DNA of 33,681 nucleotides from Chiloscyllium plagiosum (lineage: Eukaryota), in assembly GCF_004010195.1 (NCBI RefSeq), contig NW_025214804.1, forward strand, positions 1 through 33,681, written 5' to 3'. The translations under genes and the position numbers were made by a program. This document shows, piece after piece, positions 1-11,060 of this stretch (its first letter is position 1; each line of letters opens with the position of its first letter). Under the pieces are notes generated by a model. That model was not told where the DNA came from. It made no database searches and saw only the letters and a list, made by a program, of their open reading frames with translations.

Positions 1-147
1 AGGAACAAGTCAAGCAGATTTCTTTAAGCTGCTAAAACAACACGTTTATGACCAAAACAAAGTTCCTCAAACTATAATGGAAAGAGGAATGACGAGAGGA
101 TATTGCAAATATTTACATTGATATTTCCCTTTGACAAATACAGTGGA

Positions 148-255
148 ACACACACACTCTCTCTCTCCCTCTCACACACACACAGACACACACACACAGA
201 CACACACACACACACGCGCGCGCACACACACACACACGCGCACACACACACACAC
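148..255. repeat. Compound (CA)n/(CT)n/(CG)n microsatellite
   Basis: Directly visible ACACAC, CTCTCT and CACGCGCGCGCAC runs. Confidence 0.95.
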
Positions 256-1727
256 GTTTGATAACAAACTGAAAAGCAAAATATCTGCAGCGTTATCTTG
301 ACAGAACTTTGCCCAAATCTTCGAACACATGACAAAAGGAAATATGACAGTTTGGCCCAAATGCTGTTCTATATATAGAGTCATCAAGTCCTACAGCATG
401 GAGAGAGGCCCTTTGGCCCAAACTGGTCCATGCTGATACAAATGTCCATCCACACTAAGTCCATTTCCCAGCACATGGCCCATAGCCGTCTTGTCCTTTC
501 CTGTCCATGTACTTTCCAAATGCCGTTTAAACATTGTTAATATAAATGATTCAACCAATTACGCTGGCATCTCATTCTCCTTGTGCAACACTCTCTGTGT
601 AAAACAGTTTCCATCGGTTTTCCTTTTATTCTTTCGCCTCTCACCTTAAACTGATGCTCCCTCGTCCTCAATTCCCCAACTCTGGGAAAAAAAGTTGAGT
701 CAATTCACCCTATCCGTGCCTCTCATAATCTTGTACACTTCTATAAGATCCCTCTCAATCTCCTGCGCTCGAAAGAAAATAGTCCTCACTTGTCCAACGC
801 CTCCCTATATATCATACTGTTGAGTCCTGGCAACATGTTTGTAAATTCCGTCTGCACACATTCCAGTTTAGAAGCATCCTTCCGATCGCAATGTGACCAA
901 AGCTGAACACAACACTAAAAGTGCAGCCTCACCAACATCCTGCATAACTGCAACATAACTTCCCAACTTCTCTCCTTCACGTCCTGATCGATGACTGTCA
1001 GTGTCCCAAAAGCCTTCTTCTTGCCATATCTAACTGTGACTCCACTTTCAGAGAACGGTGGACCTGAACCTCAAGGTCCCTCTGCTCAACTACACTCCTT
1101 AAGGCCCGACCATTCACCATGAAACTCCTACCTTGATCTGACTTTGCAAACATATTCTTCAGCGCACTTCTCCAGTTTGATCAAGGTCCTGCTGCAATTT
1201 CTAATAACCTTCCTCACTCTCCACGATGCCACCTATTTTAATGTCACCTTCACATTTACGAATCATGCCTTGTACATTCTGAAGAATATCATTGATATCG
1301 ATAACAAATAGCAATGGGCCCAGCACTGACCCCTGAGGCACTTCATGTGTCACAGCCCTCCAGTCCGAGAGCATCCATCCACTATTACCCTCTGCTTACT
1401 ACCATCAAGCCAATTATGTGTCCAATTTGTCAGCTCCCTCTAGATTCCATGCGATTCTAAACTTCCAGATCAGCCTATCAATGGTAACCTTGTCAAATGC
1501 CTTACTGAAAACCATACAGACTTTGTCTACGGCAGTGCCCTCAACAACATTCCTGGTCACTTCATCAAAGAACTCAAACAAATTTGTGAGGCATGATCTC
1601 CCACTCACAAAGCCATGCAATCCTTCCAATCTAAAAACAGTCTAAATATCACGGTATGTGGTATTGGAACTTGCATCATGAGTAGATTTTGTACCTTTGT
1701 CATTGAACTATGTTGACAAAAAGCATA

Positions 1728-2061
1728 GGTGGCATGGTGGTTTAGTAGCTAATACTGCTGCCTCATAGTGCCATGGATCCGGGCTTGATTCTATCTGTGG
1801 GTGACCCTCTGTGTGGAGTTTGCACATTCTCCCTTTGTTTATGTATGTTTCCTCCGGGTGCTCCATTTTCCTCTCACAATCCAAAATTGTACAGGTCAGG
1901 TGAATTATCCATGCTAAGTTACCTATAGAGTTGTGTGCATGAGTCAGGGTTGAATATAGGGTAGGGGGATGGGACTGGGTGGGTTACTGTTTGGAGGGTC
2001 GGTATGGCCTTGTTGGGCCAAATGGCCTGTTTCCATATTGTAGGGAATCTGAAAAAAAAAA
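1728..2061 (+). mobile_element. tRNA-derived V-SINE (HE1-like) inserted in the CR1
   Basis: tRNA-like head with degenerate A and B boxes. V-domain TGTGTGGAGTTTGCACATTCTCCC...TCCTCCGGGTGCTCC. LINE-like tail GGGCCAAATGGCCTGTTTCC followed by an A-run. Confidence 0.85.
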
Positions 2062-3644
2062 TTCTAATCAAAAGCTATCTTTCCAAATGCACGTACATCT
2101 TATCACTTGGAGTCTTCTCAAGTAACCTACCTACCACAGATGTAAGGCTTCCTGGTCTATAGCTCCCAGATTTGTCTTTGCTTCCCTTCTTTAATAATGG
2201 CACATTTGCTACCCTCTAATAATCAGTAACCTAACCTGTAGCTAACGATGATGCAAAAATATCAACCAGGGTCCCCGTAGTTTCTTCTGTCGTCTCTTGC
2301 AGTGTTCTAGGAAGCATCTGTTTAGGACCAGGAAGTTTATCCTCCTTCATACATTCTAATGCATCCAACAAGGCCTCTCCTGTGATATTGACTAACCCAA
2401 GATGTTACCACGACGTTTGTTAAGCTCCCAAGTCTTCATGTATTTCTCCACGGTAAAGACAGAGGAGAAACATTCATTGAGAATCTCGCACACCTCCCAC
2501 GGTTCCTGACATGCATGTCCACTTTGGACCTTGAGGGGTCGTATTCTCGTTTAATTATTCTTTTTTTTAAATATACTTAAAGAACCGCTTTGGATTCACC
2601 GAAATCTTCTCAGCCAAGGCTATCTTGCGCCCCCTTTTCGCCCTCCTGATTTTCTTCTTCAGTGATCTCCTGTATTCCTTTGTATACCTCCAGGGAATTC
2701 CCTCGATCCCAGCTGCATGGACCTGAGCCACGCCGCCTTTTTGCTGGTCAAAACTCAATACCTCCTGACATCGAGGGTTCCCTATCCCTGCTAACCTTGC
2801 TTTTCACCTCAAAGGAATATATAGACCTTGAGCTCTAGACATTTCAATTTTAAATGCCTCCCACTTGCTGGAGGTCCCTTCGCCTGCCAACAAACTCCTC
2901 CAAACAACCCCTACAAGCTCCTGTGTAATTCCATCAAAATTCGCCTTGCCCCAATTTTGAACTTGAACATATGGACCGGTTTTGTCGTTCTCCACAATTA
3001 TTTAAAAACTAATGCAACTATGGTCACTGGTCCCAGAGTGCTCCCCCATATTCACCTCAGTCACCTGTCCTGCCGTCGATCTTACAGTAGGTCAAGTTTT
3101 ACCCCTTCCCGAGTTGCACCCTCTACATACTGCTTGGGGAAACTTTCTTGAACACACTTAATAGATACAGCCCATCTCAGTTCTTAATTCTATGTCAATC
3201 CCAGTCTATGTTACATTAAATCTCCTACTATGGCAATCCCATTGGCCCTGGAAGTCTCCCCAATCACTCTACATATTTTTGTTCCGCGAATTCCTCGTTT
3301 ACTATTTGAGGACATATCGAACAACGCAAATAATATCACCATTCCCTTCTTACTTCTAAGTCCCCCCACAAATCCTCACTGGATATTCCTTCAGTTATTT
3401 TATGTCTGATTACTGCTGTGATACTCGCCTTAATCAAAAATGAAACTCCCTGCCCCCACTTTCCAACATCTCTGTCTCGCACAAAGGACCTGTACCCCAG
3501 TACATTAAGTTGCCTGTCCTGTCCCTCCCTTAGTCATGTTTCTGTACTGCTATAATATCCCAGTCCAATGTACCTATTCCCGCCCTGAGATCATCGGCCT
3601 TACCTGTCAGCCATCTTGCATTTAAACAGATGCAATGTAATCCT

Positions 3645-3926
3645 GATTTGGAGATGCCGGTCTTGGACTGGGGTGGACAAAGTTAAAAATCACACAACAC
3701 CAGGTTATAGTCCAACAGGTTTAATTGGAAGCACACTAGCTTTCGGAGCGACGCTCCTTCATCAGGTGATAGTAGAGGGCTCAATTGTCACACAGAATTT
3801 ATAACAAAAATTTGCAGTGTGATGTAACTGAAGTTATACATTCAAAAACTGATTGTCTGTTAAGCCTTTCATCTGTAGGAAAATATAGTGATAGTTTCGC
3901 TTCTTTCATGTGTAAATCACAAAACC
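3645..3926 (-). mobile_element. Penelope-like element terminal (pLTR) fragment, truncated by the assembly gap
   Basis: Interrupts the CR1. Carries a hammerhead core on the minus strand and ends in CCGGCATCTCCAAATC, which resembles the CCAGCATCTGCAGT ends of the other Penelope-type fragments here. Confidence 0.65.
3734..3768 (-). ncRNA. Minimal type I hammerhead ribozyme motif
   Basis: Minus strand reads CAC-CUGAUGA-A-GGAGC-GUC-GCUCC-GAA-AGCU-A-GUG: intact core, 5-bp stem II, palindromic AGCU helix III, and a CAC/GUG stem I. Confidence 0.7.
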
Positions 3927-4580
3927 NNNNNNNNNNNNNNNNNNNNNNNNNNNNNNNNNNNNNNNNNNNNNNNNNNNNNNNNNNNNNNNNNNNNNNNNNN
4001 NNNNNNNNNNNNNNNNNNNNNNNNNNNNNNNNNNNNNNNNNNNNNNNNNNNNNNNNNNNNNNNNNNNNNNNNNNNNNNNNNNNNNNNNNNNNNNNNNNNN
4101 NNNNNNNNNNNNNNNNNNNNNNNNNNNNNNNNNNNNNNNNNNNNNNNNNNNNNNNNNNNNNNNNNNNNNNNNNNNNNNNNNNNNNNNNNNNNNNNNNNNN
4201 NNNNNNNNNNNNNNNNNNNNNNNNNNNNNNNNNNNNNNNNNNNNNNNNNNNNNNNNNNNNNNNNNNNNNNNNNNNNNNNNNNNNNNNNNNNNNNNNNNNN
4301 NNNNNNNNNNNNNNNNNNNNNNNNNNNNNNNNNNNNNNNNNNNNNNNNNNNNNNNNNNNNNNNNNNNNNNNNNNNNNNNNNNNNNNNNNNNNNNNNNNNN
4401 NNNNNNNNNNNNNNNNNNNNNNNNNNNNNNNNNNNNNNNNNNNNNNNNNNNNNNNNNNNNNNNNNNNNNNNNNNNNNNNNNNNNNNNNNNNNNNNNNNNN
4501 NNNNNNNNNNNNNNNNNNNNNNNNNNNNNNNNNNNNNNNNNNNNNNNNNNNNNNNNNNNNNNNNNNNNNNNNNNNNNNNN
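3927..4580. other. Assembly gap (654 N)
   Basis: Run of N. Confidence 1.
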
Positions 4581-5384
4581 CATTCATCTGCCATATCCTT
4601 CTGTTCTTACCCTCACTCGCACTGGAAGTAAACCGAATATTACCACTGCGGTGGTCCTGTCTTTTATCGTTTTTCCTCGCTCTCTATAATCACTCTTTCT
4701 ACCTCATCACTATTTCTCCCTGTGTAATTTGTACCAACGTGCTCCCCCGCCCGGTGAGAATGTTCTGCAGCCGCTCTGAGACATCCTTGACCCTGGCACG
4801 TGGGAGGCTACACACCATTCTGGATTCCTATTTGCAGCCACAGAATCTCCTGTCTGTTCCTCTCACTATCGAGTTTGAACAATTATTTCTGAAGTTATTC
4901 TGCTCACACAACCTTCTAACAATGGGATTTCTTCCTGCAACAGTTGGATTTAGCTGAATCGTTTTTTCTTCAGGCAGTGGGAAACTTCCAATGTATCCTT
5001 ATCAGGAATCCTCCAAGAATGGGAAAGACGACTGGGCTTTTTTTTTATCACTCCCACACATTGCTGTGATGAGCGACAGGGAAACAGAAAAGGAGCAATA
5101 GACTGTCCCTTCACAGATTGGCTGCACTTTTCTATCTGTAAGTTAAATCAGTTACGTTATCAGGGCCCAAACTGGACCATGTGAGCTCTCCTTGAACATT
5201 GTCCGAACTATATGACTCCATCACATTCTCGACTCCAGGTCAGTGCATTATTGCTGTTGTCGTACACAGAATCCATTCATTAACAATAAATAGCCCTATT
5301 TGTTAATATGTGCCTGTATAGTGTAAAATTAATCATTTCATGACTTCCCAATATCTGTGTAAAGATGAATATGTTTTATTCTTA

Positions 5385-5490
5385 AACAAATACAGAAATT
5401 GCTGAAAACTTTCAGCCTGTCTTGCAGCATGTATGAAGAGAAATCAGAGTTCAATCTTTCTGTCCAATGACCTTTCCTTTGAACCTGACG
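5385..5490 (-). mobile_element. Old Penelope-type terminal fragment with a decayed hammerhead core
   Basis: Minus strand TTCAAAGGAAAGGTCATTGGACAGAAAGATTGAACTCTGATTTCTC...CAGCAATTTCTG has the same layout as the other terminal fragments. Confidence 0.4.
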
Positions 5491-5629
5491 TTTTCTTAAA
5501 TTATTTCCCCAGTTTTATTCTTCCACACAAGAAGAAATATCCATCCGGTATTCACCAACGACACTCTTCTCAAGATTTTACATGGTCAATAAAACAACCC
5601 TCATTCTCAGGCTGAACTGTTAATTCTTT

Positions 5630-5990
5630 ATAACGTAGTGCCTTCATCCCAAGAATGAGTAAAGAGAAACATGTTTGAAAGGTTTTGAAAGCAATTTTGT
5701 CATTGTTTCCCAGTTTAGGCAATTATAACTACACATAATATATCAGATGTAATCTCAGCAATGCAGAAAAACATCGCTAAGATCATACCCACCCCCCTTT
5801 CACGAAACAGAATCATTCCATTTACCTTCCAAATCACTTGCTGCATCTTCAGAGTAATTTGATGTGAGTCATGTACTAAGACACACAAATCTATCTGTAC
5901 CACTGAGTTCGGCATTCTCCTTGCACTTAAATAATTTTCTGCTGTTTTGTCCTTTTCTCCAAATCAGAAAATTCCCATCACATCTGTATT
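5630..5990 (-). mobile_element. Old CR1 ORF2 C-terminal fragment
   Basis: DLCVLVHDSHQITLKMQQVIWKVNGMI resembles the CR1 motif DLGVLVH..LK...QV..VIKKANGML. Confidence 0.65.
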
Positions 5991-6029
5991 GTACTGTTAT
6001 TTTTTTCTGCTGAAGGTTTGATTACAACT

Positions 6030-6635
6030 GTCCTCTGTCTGCATGCCATTGCTTGATGCTCTGACCTCCCCCAGTTTGTGTCCCGTTGCAGACGTTCTGC
6101 ACTCCCACTTTCTGTATCCCGTTACAGACTCTGCTCTCCCTCTGTCTATATCCCATTGCAGACTCTCTGCCCTCTCTCTGTCCGCATCCCATTGCAGACT
6201 CGATGCCCAACTCCTCTACATATCCCATTCCAGACGCTCTGCCCTCTAATGTCTGTATCCCATTGCAGTCGCTCTCCCTCCCCTTGTCTGTATCCCATTG
6301 CAGATGCACTATCTCCCCTCATCTGTATCCCATTGCAGACGCTTTGCCGTTCCCCCATCTGTATTCCACTGCAGATGCCCTAACCTCCCTTGTCTGTTTC
6401 CCATTGCAGACGGTCTTCCCTCCACTGTCTGTATCCCATTGCAGACGCTCTGCCTCCCCCGTCTGGATGCCACTGCAGACGCCCTGCCCTCTCTGTCTGT
6501 TTCCCATTGCAGATGCACTGCCCTTCCCCTGTCTCTATCCCATTGCAGATGATCTACCCTCCACCTGTCTGTAACCCATTGCAGACGCGCAGCCCTTCCA
6601 TGTCTGTATCCCATTAGAGACGGTCTGTCTCCATT
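6030..6635. repeat. Degenerate ~35-bp minisatellite, ~17 copies (consensus TGTCTGTATCCCATTGCAGACGCTCTGCCCTCCCC)
   Basis: Recurring TCCCATTGCAGA core at ~35-bp spacing. It explains the cluster of overlapping low-complexity ORFs. Confidence 0.92.
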
Positions 6636-7039
6636 TGACATCTTACTGAATTACTATCCAGGTGCATGAGCAAACTGAGCTCCTTCCCCTTCATCCAATT
6701 CATTGGTATGGTTTGTAATTTGTTGATAACCTCACACAGATCCCCGAAGAATTCCACGAGTTACAGCTTTCCAAACACAAAACGAGTAATGATCTCTACT
6801 CTGTATTTCCTGACGCCACCCAAGGCGCCCCTGCCCTTGCATAACAGCCTGGGATGGTTATGTGTCATCGTTCTTTGCTGTGTAATTTACTGAAATGATT
6901 TGAATACTTCATTCTATTCCAGTCTAACCCCATGGAGGTGCATTATGGACTTCCCCTGCTGCATTGTTACGATGCTGACTGGCTGAATGGGATGTTTATC
7001 TCCCGCTGTATCAACCTCGATAGGCAAATTGACAGAACA

Positions 7040-7610
7040 ACGTGTGAGATAGGAACAGCAGTTGGCTATTCGGCCCCTCCAGCCTGCTGCTCGATTTAGA
7101 AACATCATGGCTGGTCTGATTGTAGCTGACCACCTCCTTTCCTGTCTGTTCCCAATAAACATTGACTCCCCTGCCCATCAATGTTCAGTCAAGGTCGGCC
7201 TTGAATATCCTCAATGACCCAGACTTCACTGTTCCCGGGGGATGAGAACGCCACCGGTCACATAATCCAAAGGAGAAAGGAACAACGTCAAGTCATCTCC
7301 TCTTTTCAGAAACAAGGGCACAGCAAATAGGAACAAATATAGACCATTCAGCCCCTCAAATCTATCCCACAGTCCCATTGACTGTTCAGTCAAGTTCTTA
7401 TCTAACTTAGCTTCTACTGCACTCTTGGGAAAATAATCCTGACATCTTAAGTCCACAGAGCATAGGAAATTGGAATTAGGCCATTTGGCCCATCAAGTCT
7501 ACTTTGCTGTTTGATCCTGTCCGGTGTGTTTCTCAACATAATTCTCCTGCCTTCTCACTGTAACTCTCGATCGTTGTTTTAATCCAACTTTACCATCCTT
7601 ATCTTAAATG
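7040..7610 (-). mobile_element. Cluster of about three decayed CR1-type 3'-end fragments
   Basis: Repeated reverse-complement LINE tail motifs: ATAGGAACAGCAGTTGGCTATTCGGCCC, ATAGACCATTCAGCCCCTC and TAGGCCATTTGGCCCATC. Confidence 0.6.
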
Positions 7611-7611
7611 C

Positions 7612-7700
7612 ATTTTTGTGTCTGGTGTCTCTATATGGATGATTGTGTGGTTGTGTTTTTGTGTTTGTGTGTGTGCGTGTTTGTGCGTGTTTCTGTGTAT
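7612..7700. repeat. Degenerate (TG)n low-complexity tract
   Basis: TG-rich run. Confidence 0.7.
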
Positions 7701-7704
7701 ACCT

Positions 7705-7890
7705 GTTTAATGGCAGGAGACAGGGTGGTCGTGAATGGTTGCTTTTTGAACTGGAAGCCTGCGAACAACGATGATCCACAGGCAAAAGTGTGATCGTCGC
7801 TTGACATGCGGATGACAACAGGTTTGGGTGAGTAGTGGACAGTGTTTGCATAATGGAGAACAAAAAAGATTGCAAAGAGATCTTCATTAA
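7705..7890 (+). mobile_element. CR1 RT fragment
   Basis: RRQGGRE/WKP-like segment and GCGGATGACAAC...GTAGTGGACAGT, resembling the (F)ADDT..GGVVDS catalytic region. Confidence 0.5.
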
Positions 7891-7901
7891 TTAAATCAAT
7901 G

Positions 7902-8250
7902 ATTCATAGACATGTACAACAGGGAAAGAGAACCTGCAACTCGTTCATCCCATCCAACGATTCTAAATTAATCCAGTCCCGTTTGCCAGCATTAGGTCCA
8001 TATCCCACTAATCATATAGCCACCAATTGCCTTTTAAAAGCTCTAATTGCTCCAGCCTCCAACAGTTCCTCTGCCAGCTTATTCCATACAAGCGCCATCC
8101 TCTGCAGGAAAAAAAGTTGCACTTCATTGTCTTTCAAATCTTTCTCTTCCCACCTTAAACCTATGCCTTCTAGTTTTAGTCTCTCCTACCTTGGGGGGAG
8201 GAAACCTTGACCATACCCTATCCATGCCCTTCATATTTTTATAAACCTCT
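7902..8250 (-). mobile_element. CR1 3'-end fragment
   Basis: Similar to the tails at 375-760 and 27040-27410 (CATAGACATGTACAAC...CCCACCTTAAACCTATGCCTTCTAGTTTT...TTTATAAACCTCT). Confidence 0.75.
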
Positions 8251-8379
8251 CGAAAGTGAAAATGTAACTCTGATCAAGACGATTGGCTGTGCTTTCAGTC
8301 ATCCTGGCTCTAAATTCTCAAATTCAGTAGTCGGACCCCTTCCGTCTCCATCATGACACAATTCCAAAAAAGTTTAATC

Positions 8380-8670
8380 AACTTGTTTAGACGTATTATG
8401 AATCAGCTCTGTGGGATTTTAAACTAAAATTTTCGGCACAGTGATAGGGACACTACCATCATTCAGCATTAGGCCCTAAAGCTGCAACTTCATGCTCCTG
8501 TGCGTTTATTCATCAGCCTGTTGTAACATGCTGCGATACACCTCCACAGGATATGATTACAGAACCACCTTCTCCAGAGACAGGTGCACTACCATACGTT
8601 GATGGACTGGAATCGATTTCAGAGTTCCGGCTCAGAAACCTGGGCACCACCCACTACACAAGGCCTAAAC
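8380..8670 (-). mobile_element. Two or three tandem decayed tRNA-SINE head fragments
   Basis: GGGACACTACCA, GGTGCACTACCA and GGGCACCACCCA are reverse complements of an A-box-like TGGTAGTGTCCC. Confidence 0.4.
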
Positions 8671-9159
8671 CATGCCCAGATTTTATGTCTTATTTTTAGT
8701 ATATGGAATTATTAAATTCTAGTTAACATTACCAAATTATACAGTGGGCATTTCTCATTGAAAAGAAGTGCAAGTTATTAGCCTCAACTGTAGGATGTTG
8801 AGTGCATTCGCTGTGCTATTGAGATAAACTATTAACATCTTCAATAGCTTGGCTATGATTTCCGGTTTAAATGGCTGTTAACAGTCGTCTGCTATATCAG
8901 AGAAAGAAATCCTGCAAACACACTTTGCACTATGAAGGATCTCGAGTAGATATCTATACTGAACACCAGAGACGAGGAAAGAGCTCAAGTCTGTCCCAAA
9001 TCACCGGTCACTATTTCAGATCTCTAAAATGTGGCTTTCCTCTTCCTAAAATCATGACGTGATACAAGATACCTATTCACTATCCAGCTTCTCCTTACCC
9101 ACTCCTCCCTCTGCCTGCGCAAAGCAAACCAAGCTCTGCGTCTTTGGGAAAGTCAAGAC

Positions 9160-9590
9160 AGTTATTTGTGGACCTACTGGAGAGGGGGGTGTCGTTTTAA
9201 TCCGAATGGGGAATGTAGAGGGGGTAATAATATCACTCACTAGGCTGATGTGTGGCACATGGAGTTTAACTTGGATACATGCGATGCATTGCATTTTGGT
9301 AAATCAAACAAGGGGAGGGCTTCTACAAATAATGCTGGACTTTGGTAGTTATGTAGAAAAGAGGGACCCGGGGTGCAGGTGTAATTCTTTAATGTTTGTG
9401 CTGCAGGGTGTTTAAGGTTACTTCATTGCTCAGACCTTTGAGATTAGAAGTTGAGAAGTCATGCTGAGGTTGTGCAGGACATTGATGAAGCCGCTTCTGC
9501 TGTACTGTGTGCAATTATAGTCGTTATGTTATGGGAGGGATATTATTAAACTGGAGAGGGTTGTGAAGAGATTTACCAGGTAGTTACCAT
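9160..9590 (+). mobile_element. CR1 ORF2 C-terminal fragment
   Basis: TGGCACATGGAGTTTAAC...TGC...CATTTTGGTAAATCAAAC encodes W.MEFN...C..LHFGKSN, followed later by KLERVVKRFTR. Confidence 0.75.
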
Positions 9591-10003
9591 GAACACTTCA
9601 TCTTCTGCCTCGGGAGCCTGCAAACACAAGGCATGAAGATTGAATTGACGAGTTTCTAAACCACCCTCACCCATCCAGATCCCAAATCCAACTCTCCGAC
9701 TCAGGTCCGCCCTCTCGAAATGACCTACGTGTCCATGTTCCTTCCCATCGACCGCTTCACACTCCCCATCGACCTATCTTTATCACCTTCCACCTTCGTC
9801 CACGTATCGCCTACCTTTCCCCAGCCTCACCCCACCACCCATTTTCTCTCAGCCCTCTTCCCCCTCCCCAGACATGAAGAAGAGTCCTGACTGAAAAGAT
9901 AACTCTCTTGCTCCTCGGTTGTTGGCTGACCAGCCGTGCCTTTTCCATTATCACACTTCATCTACACTGAATTCTCCAGCATCTGCAGTACCCATTGTCT
10001 CTT
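9591..10003 (+). mobile_element. Penelope-like 3' fragment (GIY-YIG C-terminus plus 3' UTR)
   Basis: Reads EHFIFCLGSLQTQGMKIELTSF*, homologous to ERLIFRLGTLQPQGMNLDLTSS at 29197-29382. It continues with a C-rich UTR, a decayed hammerhead near 9873-9902, and a CCAGCATCTGCAGTAC terminus. Confidence 0.75.
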
Positions 10004-10561
10004 AGGTACTATAATATCGTTGTCTGTTGTAAACTCACAAAGTCTAAGAGACATTTTCTTCAAGATCATGGATGATAGAAGTTCTCTCAATGTTTTATTG
10101 ATATTGCAATGCCTGACCAGCAGGTACAGGACGCAGGCTTCCATTTATAAATAGGGAAGCATATTCATGTTCCAATAAATCTTCAGTATTACTCTCATAT
10201 CCAAGGCAGATTGAATTGAATTGACCTACAAGCCCCAAAATTCGCTCCCTCAGTCACCCTCACATATCCGTCTCAGAATGTGTAAATATTAATCGTTATT
10301 TTGAATGTTAATAAGATAGTATTGAATTGAAACGGGTTAACTGGAACTATTAGTTCAGCGAATGTTTTTGATGTCAGTCTCCGTGGATCCTAAATGTGCC
10401 ATGGGAGGATTTGCCTCTTCTATTAATTAAGGATTTGGTTCAATGTGATATCCCATAGTATGAGCAGGAGCTCACCGACAGCACTAACAGGGATCAGCAG
10501 CTCCAGAGAGAGGGGGAGGAGAGAATAAAATCTGAGAACATTTGACTGGAATGTTCCAACA

Positions 10562-10736
10562 ATGGATCAGAACCTGAAAACATTAGACTGGAATGTTCCA
10601 ACAATGGACAGGAGTTTATTTTATGGTCTTTACTGGATTTCCAAGCCTGGAATATTATTAGTTTGGTGGATCTATAATTTTCTGCTGGTTATTCAAGCTG
10701 GTTACTATGTCATCCTCGCTATAGTTGGTGTTCCTG
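10562..10736 (+). CDS. Probable first coding exon of a GPR139/GPR142-like class A GPCR (N-terminus plus first half of TM1)
   Basis: MDQNLKTLDWNVPTMDRS...QAGYYVILAIVGVP followed by G|GTAAGT, a perfect phase-1 donor. As I recall, human GPR139 has YYSLLLCLGLP|ANIL with an intron at the same place. In-frame upstream stop at 10526. Confidence 0.7.
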
Positions 10737-11060
10737 GTAAGTCATTCTATCTGTTCATTAAGCCAGGTTAAACTGAATTGCTGCCCATATTATTTAAAAT
10801 TTAGAAAGGTAGCCGTCAAGATTTTCATTTCTAATGCAATTCCATTTCACACAAATTATAACGAGAAAATTACTCATGACAAATTACTCACCAATATGCG
10901 AGGAGGAACCAGACTGTTCTCAAACTCCATAATCCTTCTAACCCTGCACAGATGTACATTTCCATATCCTCCCCACTCACTAATCCTGTCCAATACCACC
11001 ATCATGATATCCCCGCCTCCTCCTCCGCCTCAGTGCATCTTCTGAATAAACCATCAATTG

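Larger units (their letters stand above)
375..4875 (-). mobile_element. Decayed near-full-length CR1-type LINE (ORF1 esterase remnant, ORF2 RT remnant, 3' tail) with nested insertions
   Basis: RT motif HGFVSGRSCLTNLFEFFDEVT...FSKAFDKV (ORF 1414-1629, -). Upstream ORF2 linker LKKKIRRAKR...NPKRFFKYI (2567-2758) and WGKANFDGI (2804-2995). After the gap, the minus strand reads DSIVRGTDRRFCG...RVKDVSERLQNIL (~4750-4875), an SGNH/GDSL esterase-like CR1 ORF1. The 3' tail with CTCTAT is near 375. Many stops and frameshifts. Confidence 0.85.

Noticed and set aside
72..387. Cys/Val-rich short ORFs
   Set aside because: They are translations of the CA microsatellite.
3785..4957. Long ORFs across 3927-4580
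   Set aside because: Artefacts of translating N.
6030..6635. CRISPR-like array
   Set aside because: The linkers are short and homologous to each other, the context is eukaryotic, and there are no cas genes.
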